This document shows positions 1 to 8,908 of a stretch of DNA of 64,000 nucleotides, piece by piece. The DNA is from Candidatus Woesearchaeota archaeon (lineage in GTDB: Archaea > Nanobdellota > Nanobdellia > SCGC-AAA011-G17 > JAGVZY01). The position numbers were made by a program, and so were the translations under genes. The notes under the pieces are model-generated. The model was given only the letters and a program-made list of their open reading frames with translations, did not search any database and had not been told where the DNA came from. Location of the stretch: assembly GCA_018302225.1 (NCBI GenBank), contig JAGVZY010000007.1:13700-77699 (forward strand), in the 5' to 3' direction. Position 1 is the first letter of the stretch, and every line of letters starts with the position of its first letter.

Positions 1-3
1 TTT

Positions 4-261
4 TTATTGTAAGACTTTTAACAAATCTTCATTAAAAGAAAGAACTAAAGAGTAATGATCTGGAAAAAACCTTAAGGTATTATGTTTACATTTTTTTCCA
101 TTATTAATTAATATATTTCCCTCACCCATCATAAATCCACAAATTCTTGACTTTAATCCAAAATATTTATTTTGATTTCTTTGGATATATATCTCATCGA
201 CACCATGTCTTTTTTTCCAAGCAGATAAGATATTTTGTTTATTTCTTTTTGAAATATTCAT
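4..261 (-). CDS. hypothetical small basic protein
   Basis: Complete 85-aa ORF, no recognisable motif. Confidence 0.3.
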   Translation of the reverse strand: MNISKRNKQNILSAWKKRHGVDEIYIQRNQNKYFGLKSRICGFMMGEGNILINNGKKCKHNTLRFFPDHYSLVLSFNEDLLKVLQ

Positions 262-383
262 TCTAAGATTAAAGATTTTTCTATTTAAAAAGGGTGCGTC
301 AAGATGTCAACATGTCATAAGTCGTATTTTTATAAAGCAAACTTTATAAATAACAATCAGATTAAGACTTTAAAAGAGGGATT

Positions 384-2069
384 ATGTCGCAAACACTATT
401 CTTAGAATTAGGGCTTTTAATTATTGTTGCAACAATATTCTCAGGAATAATGCGTGCTTTGAAACAACCTTTAATTATAGGTTATATTCTAACAGGTTTA
501 GTTGCAAGTACTTATTTTTCAAATATTATCCAACACTCAGAAACAATTTCTATACTTTCACAAGTAGGAATAATCTTCTTATTATTTATAATAGGTTTAA
601 GTCTAAATCCAAGAATTATAAAAGGAATAGGATTTATCACTTTACTAATAGGAGTTTTACAAGTAGTTATAACCTTTGGAGTTTCATTAATACTAGAAAA
701 ATTTATTTCAATCCCTTTCCCAAGCTCAATATTTATTGCTGCAGCAATCTCATTTAGTAGTACGATTATAGTTCTAAAATTATTATCAGATAAACAAGAA
801 ACAGGAACTCTTCACGGAAAAATTTCAGTCAGCATATTAATAATTCAAGATTTATTCGCAATTATTTCATTAATATTAATAGCTGCAACCGCAAAAAATT
901 CGGATATAATAAGTATTGCACTTTCTGGATTTTTAAAAGGAGCAATTTTAGTTTTAATTTTGTTTTTAATTGCAATTTATTTACTTCCAAAACTAAACCA
1001 AAGAATATCAAGTTCACAAGAATTTTTGTTTCTATTCTCAATAAGTTGGTGTTTTGCACTAGCAATATTATTCAAACTAGCAGGTTTATCAGGTGAAATA
1101 GGTGCTTTAATAGCTGGAATTACATTATCTCTTTCACCCTATCACTATGAAATAAGTTCCAAAGTAAAACCCCTAAGAGATTTTTTTATAATAATCTTTT
1201 TTGTTTTACTAGGCTCACAAATAAATCTAGCAAACATTTCAACTATAATTATACCTGCAATTATTATCTCTGCATTTGTAATTTTAATAAAGCCAATAAT
1301 CATCTTAATTATTATGGGTATTTTAGGATATACTAAAAAAACTAGTTTTATAACCGGTTTAAATCTCGCACAAGTAAGTGAATTTTCATTAATCTTATGT
1401 GCCCTAGCTTTTGAATCCGGAAGACTTTCAGAAAGTTTATTATCTATGATTACTTTAGTTGCACTTATTACAATTGCAATCTCAACGTATATGATTACTT
1501 ACTCAAATTCAATTTATAACATTTTTTCCTCAGTTTTAAGCACTTTTGAAAGAAAAGGAAAAAAACGTAATGAAGGTAATTTCGATGAAAATATCTCTTA
1601 TAAAACAATAATATTTGGATTCAATAGAACAGGCTCAGCATTACTTTCTGCAATTAAAAAATTATCTAAAAAATATTTAATTATAGAATTTAATCCTGAA
1701 ATCATAAAAGAACTAGAAAAGAAAAAAATTCATTGTAGATATGGAGATGCACAAGATGTAGAACTATTAAATGAATTAAATCTTTCAAAAACAAAATTAA
1801 TAATTTCAACAATTCCAAACTTAGAAACAAATATGTTACTAGTTAAAAAAGCAAGAAATTCGGAAAGTAATCCAATAGTGATTGTTGTTACACATCACCA
1901 CGAAGATACTATTAAGTTATATGAAGAAGGTGCAGACTATGTTATCATGCCTTATACACTTAGTGGAGAGCATGCTGCAAATTTAATAAATAAAATAAAA
2001 TTCAATAAAAAACTTTTAGAAAAAGAAAGAAAATCTCATTTAAAAAAGATAAGTTTAAATAGTATATAA
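384..2069 (+). CDS. CPA2-family monovalent cation:proton antiporter with C-terminal RCK/TrkA-N (NAD-binding) domain, KefB-like
   Basis: About 12 hydrophobic helices in the N-terminal 380 aa. C-terminal Rossmann GxGxxG (IIFGFNRTGSALL) in the typical TrkA-N layout. Confidence 0.7.
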   Translation: MSQTLFLELGLLIIVATIFSGIMRALKQPLIIGYILTGLVASTYFSNIIQHSETISILSQVGIIFLLFIIGLSLNPRIIKGIGFITLLIGVLQVVITFGVSLILEKFISIPFPSSIFIAAAISFSSTIIVLKLLSDKQETGTLHGKISVSILIIQDLFAIISLILIAATAKNSDIISIALSGFLKGAILVLILFLIAIYLLPKLNQRISSSQEFLFLFSISWCFALAILFKLAGLSGEIGALIAGITLSLSPYHYEISSKVKPLRDFFIIIFFVLLGSQINLANISTIIIPAIIISAFVILIKPIIILIIMGILGYTKKTSFITGLNLAQVSEFSLILCALAFESGRLSESLLSMITLVALITIAISTYMITYSNSIYNIFSSVLSTFERKGKKRNEGNFDENISYKTIIFGFNRTGSALLSAIKKLSKKYLIIEFNPEIIKELEKKKIHCRYGDAQDVELLNELNLSKTKLIISTIPNLETNMLLVKKARNSESNPIVIVVTHHHEDTIKLYEEGADYVIMPYTLSGEHAANLINKIKFNKKLLEKERKSHLKKISLNSI

Positions 2070-2082
2070 ATAAGTAATTGGC

Positions 2083-3009
2083 ATGAAAATATTAAGTCTT
2101 ATAAAAGGGGCTGAAGCTAAAAAAGTAGCAAAATTATTAAAAACTATTTCTACCAAATCAGCACTAACAAGAAGTACAAATATAAATATTAACAAAACAA
2201 AGTTTAGAATATTTATTAACCTAAAAAACAAAAAAATAAATAATAATCAAGGTGTAGCCGATTTTTTAGAACTTCTAAATCTTCAAGAAAAGATGTTTGA
2301 AGTAGTTGAAGGACTTATAGCCCAAACCTTTTTACAGTTAAATAATCTTTATCCTGAACTAAAACAAGGACAAGGAAAAATTATTCAAACTAAAGTTTAT
2401 TCTATTTTAGTAAATTTAAATTTATATATAAAACAGCTTAATGAAAAAATTGGAGAAGAAAGGAACCTTATAAAGAATGATAATATTAATACTTTGGAAA
2501 AAGTTATTCATGAAGAAATTAAAATATATAAATCAATTGAAGCACTTGGAACATCAAAACTAGAAAACATCCAGGAGATTAGACAAAATCTTACTGCTTG
2601 TATAAATTCAACCAATAATGGGGAATCTATTGAAAGAATTTGTGCAAATACAGGGGCTATTCTCTTAGGAATAGGTGCTATTTTTACTATTTTCCAAGGA
2701 ATCTATCAAACAGCCACATTTAATTTTGTGGTTAAGCCGATATTTACAGGATATTTACCCTACGTTGATGATTGCGAGTGTGCTATTCTTGAAAATGGGG
2801 GGATCATCCCTCAACAACCAGAAATAGTCGGTGGATTTGTTAGAGGTTTACCCAATCAATGTTTGCCAAATCAATTAGGTAAATTAATTTTAATTTTATC
2901 TGCCACGGGATTAATTTTCTTAAGTATAAAATATTTAAGTAATATTTCTAAAGTTTTAAATTATTCAGATATGGATAAAAGAGTTGATAGAATAAGAAAA
3001 AGATATTAA
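2083..3009 (+). CDS. hypothetical protein; helical N-terminal region, two C-terminal TM helices flanking a Cys-containing loop
   Basis: ORF with hydrophobic segments AILLGIGAIFTIF and LILILSATGLIFL; no family recognised. Confidence 0.4.
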   Translation: MKILSLIKGAEAKKVAKLLKTISTKSALTRSTNININKTKFRIFINLKNKKINNNQGVADFLELLNLQEKMFEVVEGLIAQTFLQLNNLYPELKQGQGKIIQTKVYSILVNLNLYIKQLNEKIGEERNLIKNDNINTLEKVIHEEIKIYKSIEALGTSKLENIQEIRQNLTACINSTNNGESIERICANTGAILLGIGAIFTIFQGIYQTATFNFVVKPIFTGYLPYVDDCECAILENGGIIPQQPEIVGGFVRGLPNQCLPNQLGKLILILSATGLIFLSIKYLSNISKVLNYSDMDKRVDRIRKRY

Positions 3010-3014
3010 ATTCT

Positions 3015-3386
3015 CTAAAATAATGATGCTTCTTGATTTAGATTCATAACTAAATTATATAATCTACCCCCATTAGGTGCAAAATGATATCTAACTTTTT
3101 TTCCTTTAAATGTTTCTTCTTTATATGCTCCTAAACTAACTATATATTCCAACAATTCTAGTTCCTTATCATCAGCTAAGCACATATTAGGTAAATAAAG
3201 TTTAGGACGAATACGCAATTTATTTGAAATGTTGTATTTTCTTGAATTAGTTAATTTCACTCTACCCATATTAAAATAAAAATCTCTAGCAAGAAGTATA
3301 TCTTCCGCATGGATATAATATAAAACATCTAAAGATTTACCTTTACCAACATGTCCCAAATATCCTTTAACTCTATACCAATTCAT
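3015..3386 (-). CDS. hypothetical protein
   Basis: 123-aa ORF, no confident motif. Confidence 0.3.
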   Translation of the reverse strand: MNWYRVKGYLGHVGKGKSLDVLYYIHAEDILLARDFYFNMGRVKLTNSRKYNISNKLRIRPKLYLPNMCLADDKELELLEYIVSLGAYKEETFKGKKVRYHFAPNGGRLYNLVMNLNQEASLF

Positions 3387-3490
3387 AAACTAACAACCAA
3401 GTTTTACAATTTTAAATACTTTCGATTTCGTATCTAATAAGTAGTATCAACTCGATAGTTTTATAAATCTAATATATTAAAAAAGAAAAT

Positions 3491-4093
3491 ATGAAATTAG
3501 GCACAAAAATCTTAACTTATGTAGCTGCAGGTTGGTTATTACTAAATCCAAATAATTTCAATTCAGAAAATAAGCCACAACAATTATCTGATTTAGAACA
3601 AAAAGTAGAAGAAATAGTTAAAAAACAAGAGCGTGTAATAGTAATTGATAAATCTGATTTTTTACTTTATTATTATAATAATGGAAAAGTTGAAGACAAA
3701 TATACTGTTGCAATAGGGAAAAATACTTCTGGAAAAAATAAATCAAAAATAGGAGATAATCTAACTCCTGAAGGCATATTTAAAATCCAAGAAAAATCAA
3801 AAATAGATGAAAATTATTTAGGCAAATATAAAACAGATTTAATAAGGGAATTAGAATATTCATTATTTAACATAATAAGAAGTCCATTTGGAACAAGGTG
3901 GATGCGTTTAAAATCTCAAAGTTATAAGGGATTTAAAACCCCTGATTGGAAAGGTATTGGGATACACGGGTTAAGACATAGTCCAAAGATATTTAAATAT
4001 CAAACAGAAGGATGTGTTGGACTTAACGTCAAAGATGCTCAAAAGTTATACAATAAAGTTGATATTGGTGATTATGTTATAATTAAACCTTAA
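3491..4093 (+). CDS. exported L,D-transpeptidase (YkuD) catalytic-domain protein
   Basis: N-terminal hydrophobic signal/anchor. C-terminal GIHG...(17 aa)...TEGCVGL matches the L,D-transpeptidase His/Cys active-site signature. Confidence 0.7.
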   Translation: MKLGTKILTYVAAGWLLLNPNNFNSENKPQQLSDLEQKVEEIVKKQERVIVIDKSDFLLYYYNNGKVEDKYTVAIGKNTSGKNKSKIGDNLTPEGIFKIQEKSKIDENYLGKYKTDLIRELEYSLFNIIRSPFGTRWMRLKSQSYKGFKTPDWKGIGIHGLRHSPKIFKYQTEGCVGLNVKDAQKLYNKVDIGDYVIIKP

Positions 4094-5878
4094 TTATAAA
4101 TTTGCATGAGTTCTAAGAACTATACGTGGTTCTAATATAAAATTTTTTGATAAATTGTCAATTCTATCACCTTTATCAGAATTTAAAAGAGGTGAATGAA
4201 ATAAGTGAGCTATTAAAGGGGTCTTCCCATCAAACCCTACAACTAAAACCACGTGAGTGAAATCTTGTCCTGCCTTTTGTGCAAGAGGTAAATACTTGCT
4301 CATCCTGTATCTTACTCCAATAATATCTCCTTTCTTAAGAAGAGAATAATCTAAATCACCAGTACCTTTCCAAATTACTTTACCCCCTTTAGCTAAAATA
4401 TTTGCAGGCATATGCCAAGCATTACCATAAACCCCATTTTTTTGTGCTGAACTAGAACCATACATTTTTTCATAAGCCATTTTTACATAACCAGCACATA
4501 CCACTTCAGAAGATTTAAAATCCATATAAGATATATCTCCTGTATCTTTGTTAATAATTATTTTAGATGCTAAATCTGGATTTGACTTCAAACTTTCAAC
4601 AGAAGCAGTATCTTCCTTAAGCAAATAACCATAAGTAGAATAACCTTTTTGAGCAAATCCCGCACCAGCAAAAACAGAGGTAACTAATACTGCTGTAGCC
4701 ACAGCTTTCTTAAATCTACTACTAAACATACCAATTCTTTTAACATCTTGATGAAGTTGCTTTTCCTCAATCTTTAATTCTTTAATCTCTTTCTTTTCTA
4801 CTTTCTCAACTTTTAATTCAAATTCTTTTTCAAAACTTCTAATTAATAATTCTAATTCTTTTTTATATTCATCAAATTCTTCAATTCGTTTAGATGCTTG
4901 CTGAACTTTAATTTTATTTTTTTCATTTTCTTTAATCCTTTCCTGTTCAACAATAAATTGTTTATAAAAATCTTTTAATTCTTGTTTAATCATTTCTAAT
5001 TCTCTATACTTATCTTTCTGCATTACTGCTGATTCTATAATCATATGATTTGCTATATCTACCCTACTAATACAAACCTGTATAAGTTCCTTAAACTGAG
5101 TCTCAAAATAAGAAAGTCCTCTTATAACCTCAAAAGCAACATTTTGATCTATCTTTTTATTATCTTTTAAAGAAATAAATCTCTTTTCTAATTGTTGGAT
5201 TTGTGAAATTATCCACTGAACTTTTCCATTTATTTGTTGTTTAGACTTAGCTCTATTCTTTAAATGAGTAACTAAAGCATAATCAGTTTCTAAATTAGGG
5301 TTAATTTTATCAAATTCTAATCCTATACTTTTAAAATATTTAAAATCATTTTCTATAAACTGAATTGTTCTTCCAATTAGAGATTCATATTCTTTTTCTA
5401 TTCCTAATAAAATCATTTGAATTTTTCCAGCAGTAGTTTTATCTAATTGAATTCCTTTCATAACTACTTTTAACCTATTAATAAACTCCTCAAAAATAGT
5501 TAAAGGTTGTCTAATATCATACATTAATTCTAAATCTTCATCTTCAATTAATTTTTTAAGAGAATTTATTATTTTTACAATATCATAAATTTGTTTTCTT
5601 AATTGCTTTTCATAGCTTCTTATGTCTTTAACAGAAGTTCTTTCTATACTTTTCATTGTGTTAAAATCTAATTCATTAACTCTTTCTAATGCTTTTTGTA
5701 AGCTTATAATTTCATTCCGATTCTTAATTCTTGATTGCTTGACTTTTTGATAGTCATATTCAAATCCACCTATTAAATTAGAAATCCGCTGATCTGTATT
5801 AGTAATTGTTTTTGGATTTAAAATTTGATCAGCTAATATAGTATTACTTAACTTTAACTTTAAACCAAATAAGTCCAT
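4094..5878 (-). CDS. membrane-anchored protein: about 380 aa cytoplasmic coiled coil, one TM helix, C-terminal papain-fold (NlpC/P60/CHAP-like) putative peptidase/amidase domain
   Basis: Long K/E-rich heptad-like N-terminal part and TM segment AVATAVLVTSVFAGAGFA. C-terminal region has Cys (EVVCAGYV) ... GDIIGV ... His (THVVLVVGF) in the spacing of NlpC/P60-type Cys-His hydrolases. Confidence 0.45.
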   Translation of the reverse strand: MDLFGLKLKLSNTILADQILNPKTITNTDQRISNLIGGFEYDYQKVKQSRIKNRNEIISLQKALERVNELDFNTMKSIERTSVKDIRSYEKQLRKQIYDIVKIINSLKKLIEDEDLELMYDIRQPLTIFEEFINRLKVVMKGIQLDKTTAGKIQMILLGIEKEYESLIGRTIQFIENDFKYFKSIGLEFDKINPNLETDYALVTHLKNRAKSKQQINGKVQWIISQIQQLEKRFISLKDNKKIDQNVAFEVIRGLSYFETQFKELIQVCISRVDIANHMIIESAVMQKDKYRELEMIKQELKDFYKQFIVEQERIKENEKNKIKVQQASKRIEEFDEYKKELELLIRSFEKEFELKVEKVEKKEIKELKIEEKQLHQDVKRIGMFSSRFKKAVATAVLVTSVFAGAGFAQKGYSTYGYLLKEDTASVESLKSNPDLASKIIINKDTGDISYMDFKSSEVVCAGYVKMAYEKMYGSSSAQKNGVYGNAWHMPANILAKGGKVIWKGTGDLDYSLLKKGDIIGVRYRMSKYLPLAQKAGQDFTHVVLVVGFDGKTPLIAHLFHSPLLNSDKGDRIDNLSKNFILEPRIVLRTHANL

Positions 5879-5913
5879 AAAATTAAGAACATTTAAGGAA
5901 TATATAAACTTTT

Positions 5914-6222
5914 TTAATCAATTAATTCAATTTCAATATTAACTTCTTCAGGAATAGGAACCCTCATTACTAATCTTAATGCTCTTTCATCAGCAGCTAA
6001 ATCGATTAATCTTTTATGAATTCTCATTTCAAAATTATCCCAAGAAGCAGTTCCCTTACCACAAGGAGACTTTCTAGTTGTTAATTTAAGCTTTTTAGTT
6101 GGTAATGTAATTGGTCCAGAAATATCTACTCCAGTCTTACTGGCTACATCCTTTATTGATTCACAGATTTGATTTAGCTTATCAATATCTGCACTTGCTA
6201 AGTTAATTCGTGCTTTTGGCAT
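5914..6222 (-). CDS. rps10: 30S ribosomal protein uS10
   Basis: Strong match to the archaeal S10 consensus (SGPITLPTKKLKLTTRKSP.G.G...WDNFEMRIHKRLIDL). Confidence 0.9.
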   Translation of the reverse strand: MPKARINLASADIDKLNQICESIKDVASKTGVDISGPITLPTKKLKLTTRKSPCGKGTASWDNFEMRIHKRLIDLAADERALRLVMRVPIPEEVNIEIELID

Positions 6223-6247
6223 AGTCTCTTTGATTAAACACTTATAT

Positions 6248-6673
6248 TTAAATTTTATCTTCAGAAGGGTTTTTAAATGTTTCTAAATGTTCAAATAGAC
6301 TTTCTAAAGAATTTCCTAAATTTCGATTACCTCCATAAATAGACTTTATAGTCTTTATGGGGTCTAAATTCTCTCCTGAATTATCAACTTTTTCAAGCTT
6401 TAAATTATAAAAAAAGCCAAAAACTCCATCTCTTAAACTTCTCTGATTAAACATAGCACTAATACTTTTTGGAAACCTTAAAACTAATCTAGTTAATCCC
6501 TCATCTTTTAGTTCAAAACCATCCATTACATAAATATTGCCTCCAGCAAAATTTCCACCAAAAATCTTTAAAGAATAAATTGAACCTTTTTTTAAAGAAT
6601 ACATTTTCTTAATAGATTTTTTAAATTTATAATCATTAGGTTCATACTCCAGAATTAAAATATAATTAATCAT
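6248..6673 (-). CDS. hypothetical protein inserted between tuf and rps10
   Basis: 141-aa ORF with normal codon usage, tightly packed between conserved neighbours; no motif recognised. Confidence 0.35.
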   Translation of the reverse strand: MINYILILEYEPNDYKFKKSIKKMYSLKKGSIYSLKIFGGNFAGGNIYVMDGFELKDEGLTRLVLRFPKSISAMFNQRSLRDGVFGFFYNLKLEKVDNSGENLDPIKTIKSIYGGNRNLGNSLESLFEHLETFKNPSEDKI

Positions 6674-6696
6674 AAAAAAGAAAAATTGAGAAGGTT

Positions 6697-7980
6697 TTAA
6701 GCCTTCTTTACATAATCAATACACATACCAGCCGCTACTGTTGAACCAGCATCTCTAATAGCAAATGAACTCATATGAGGTATATCTGATTTCTTTTCAA
6801 TTACTATTGGCCTTGTTGGAACAATTCTTACAATTGCGGCATCTCCATTTTTAAGCATGTCTGGACTTTTCTGTAAAACTTGTCCTGTTGCAGGATCTAA
6901 TTTACTTACTAATTCCTCAAATCTACACGCTACTTGTGCTGTATGTATATGGAATACAGGTGTATAACCTACAGTCAACACAGTTGGGTGATTCAATACT
7001 ATTATCTGTGCAGTGAATTCTTGAACAACAGTTGGAGGTGAATCTACTCTACCTAATACATCTCCTCTTGCAATATCTTTCTTTGCAATACCTCTGACAT
7101 TAAATCCAATATTGTCACCCGGTTCTGCAACTTGAATTTGCTCGTGATGCATTTCAATAGTTTTAACTTCTCCAGTTACACCCTTACCATCTTTTCCAGG
7201 TAAAATTATAACTTTGTCTCCAAGTTTTAATTGTCCAGTTTCAACTCTACCAACAGGAACAACACCAATACCAGTAATGTTATAAACATCTTGTATTGGA
7301 AGTCTTAATGGTAAGTTTGTTAATTTTTCTGGTTCTTTGAATGTATCTAATTGTTCAAAGATTGTTGGACCAGTATACCAAGACATATTAGTTGATTTCT
7401 TGAAAACATTATCTCCAAGCTGTGCACTTGTTGGAATAAAATTAACATTTGCTGGATTGTAACCAACAGTTTTCAATAATTTTGTTACTTCTTCTTTAAC
7501 AGCATTAAACTTTGCTTGATCGTACTTTACAGTATCCATCTTATTAACAGCAATAGCTAATTGTTTTACACCTAAAGTTTTACACAAGAATAAGTGTTCT
7601 TTAGTTTGAGCCATAATACCTTCACTTGCAGCCACAACTAAAACTGCAGCATCAGCTTGTGAAGCACCAGTAATCATATTTTTTATGAAATCTTTATGCC
7701 CTGGAGCATCTATGATACTTAACTCATATTTAGGAGTCATAAGTTTTTTATAAGAAAGATCTATTGTAACTCCTCTTGCTCTTTCTTCTTTAAGATTATC
7801 CATAACAAATGCAAACTCAAACCCTGCTTTACCTACTTCTTGAGCTTTTTCTTTTAATTTTCTCATTGTTTGCTCATCAATTATACCTGAATCGTAGAAC
7901 AATCTACCTACAGTTGTACTTTTACCGTGGTCTACATGACCTACAAATACTACATTTAAATGTGGTTTTTCTTTTGCCAT
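6697..7980 (-). CDS. tuf: translation elongation factor aEF-1 alpha
   Basis: [10 protein letters not shown]-loop, NKMD, SA motifs and full-length EF-1A/Tu architecture. Confidence 0.95.
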   Translation of the reverse strand: MAKEKPHLNVVFVGHVDHGKSTTVGRLFYDSGIIDEQTMRKLKEKAQEVGKAGFEFAFVMDNLKEERARGVTIDLSYKKLMTPKYELSIIDAPGHKDFIKNMITGASQADAAVLVVAASEGIMAQTKEHLFLCKTLGVKQLAIAVNKMDTVKYDQAKFNAVKEEVTKLLKTVGYNPANVNFIPTSAQLGDNVFKKSTNMSWYTGPTIFEQLDTFKEPEKLTNLPLRLPIQDVYNITGIGVVPVGRVETGQLKLGDKVIILPGKDGKGVTGEVKTIEMHHEQIQVAEPGDNIGFNVRGIAKKDIARGDVLGRVDSPPTVVQEFTAQIIVLNHPTVLTVGYTPVFHIHTAQVACRFEELVSKLDPATGQVLQKSPDMLKNGDAAIVRIVPTRPIVIEKKSDIPHMSSFAIRDAGSTVAAGMCIDYVKKA

Positions 7981-8040
7981 ATTAAAATATCCTCCTATTT
8001 AAGTATGAACAGATATTGGAATAAAAGCGCCTTTTATAAA

Positions 8041-8174
8041 GGTTTCGTTAACCCAAAGGTTAACAACCATAACCTACAAGGTTATGTTTCGTTGACTCAA
8101 GTCTACGAACTCAAACCAAAGGTTTGATTTTCGTTAACCAAATGTTAACAACCATAAAAAGATTATGTTTCATT
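8041..8174. promoter_or_regulatory. two tandem copies of a ~53-bp motif (8041-8093 and 8121-8174), each with a GTTAACC-N4-GGTTAAC palindrome, in the divergent tuf / ORF8271 promoter region
   Basis: Direct comparison: ggtttcgttaacccaaaggttaacaaccataacc...ggttatgtttcgtt versus ggtttgattttcgttaaccaaatgttaacaaccataaaaagattatgtttcatt. Confidence 0.5.
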
Positions 8175-8270
8175 AAATCAAGCCTTAAAATCTTCCCCAA
8201 AAAAAGGCTTCAAATAAGTCAAAATCTTAATAAGAAAACCTTTAAAGACTTAAAGCTTTTTAAGTAAAAT

Positions 8271-8855
8271 ATGCAAAATACAGAAGAAATCTTTGAAACA
8301 GTAATGCACTGGGGAAATGAAGCTAAATATAATCATTCAAACTTTCCAGATATAATAACAAATAAAGACAAAATTAGAGGTTTCTTTATAGGAACAAGTT
8401 ATAAAAAAGAAGAAAATAGAAATAATCTTGATTTAATTTCTTTTCTTAAACCTATTACAATATATTCAGACCTTTTTATACAAAATGAAGTATTTGATAA
8501 AGCTAAAGATATAACAGAACTTTTCAAAGATTATTCTCCAAAAAGCCAAGTTAAAATAGAGATGGAATCTTTTTTTATAAATGTTGTAAAAATGGGAATA
8601 TATATTACAGGCTGTTTAACTGAAATCCCTGAATCTATTGTTTTAAAAAGTGAAAACAACTCAAATAAACAAAAAATAGAAGAATTATTCAACATTTTTA
8701 ATTATTTTTCTTCATTAACTTACCTTAACTATAAGATGAAAAATTCAAAAACCCCCGTAATTGCTTTATTAAATCATGAAAATGTGAAAAAACCTTATGT
8801 TTATGAAAATCTTTTTGATAAAGATAATTTAGTTCTAAGACTTTGGAGAGAATAA
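8271..8855 (+). CDS. hypothetical protein, antisense insertion between fusA and tuf
   Basis: 194-aa ORF, no motif recognised. Confidence 0.4.
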   Translation: MQNTEEIFETVMHWGNEAKYNHSNFPDIITNKDKIRGFFIGTSYKKEENRNNLDLISFLKPITIYSDLFIQNEVFDKAKDITELFKDYSPKSQVKIEMESFFINVVKMGIYITGCLTEIPESIVLKSENNSNKQKIEELFNIFNYFSSLTYLNYKMKNSKTPVIALLNHENVKKPYVYENLFDKDNLVLRLWRE

Positions 8856-8908
8856 AAATCTTCAAATATTATTTCTAAAAAATATCAAAACAAAAAGAAA
8901 ACTAAGAC

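Noticed and set aside
7981-8270. tRNA or small RNA gene in the tuf upstream region
   Set aside because: The repeats lack cloverleaf potential and are better explained as paired operator-like palindromes.
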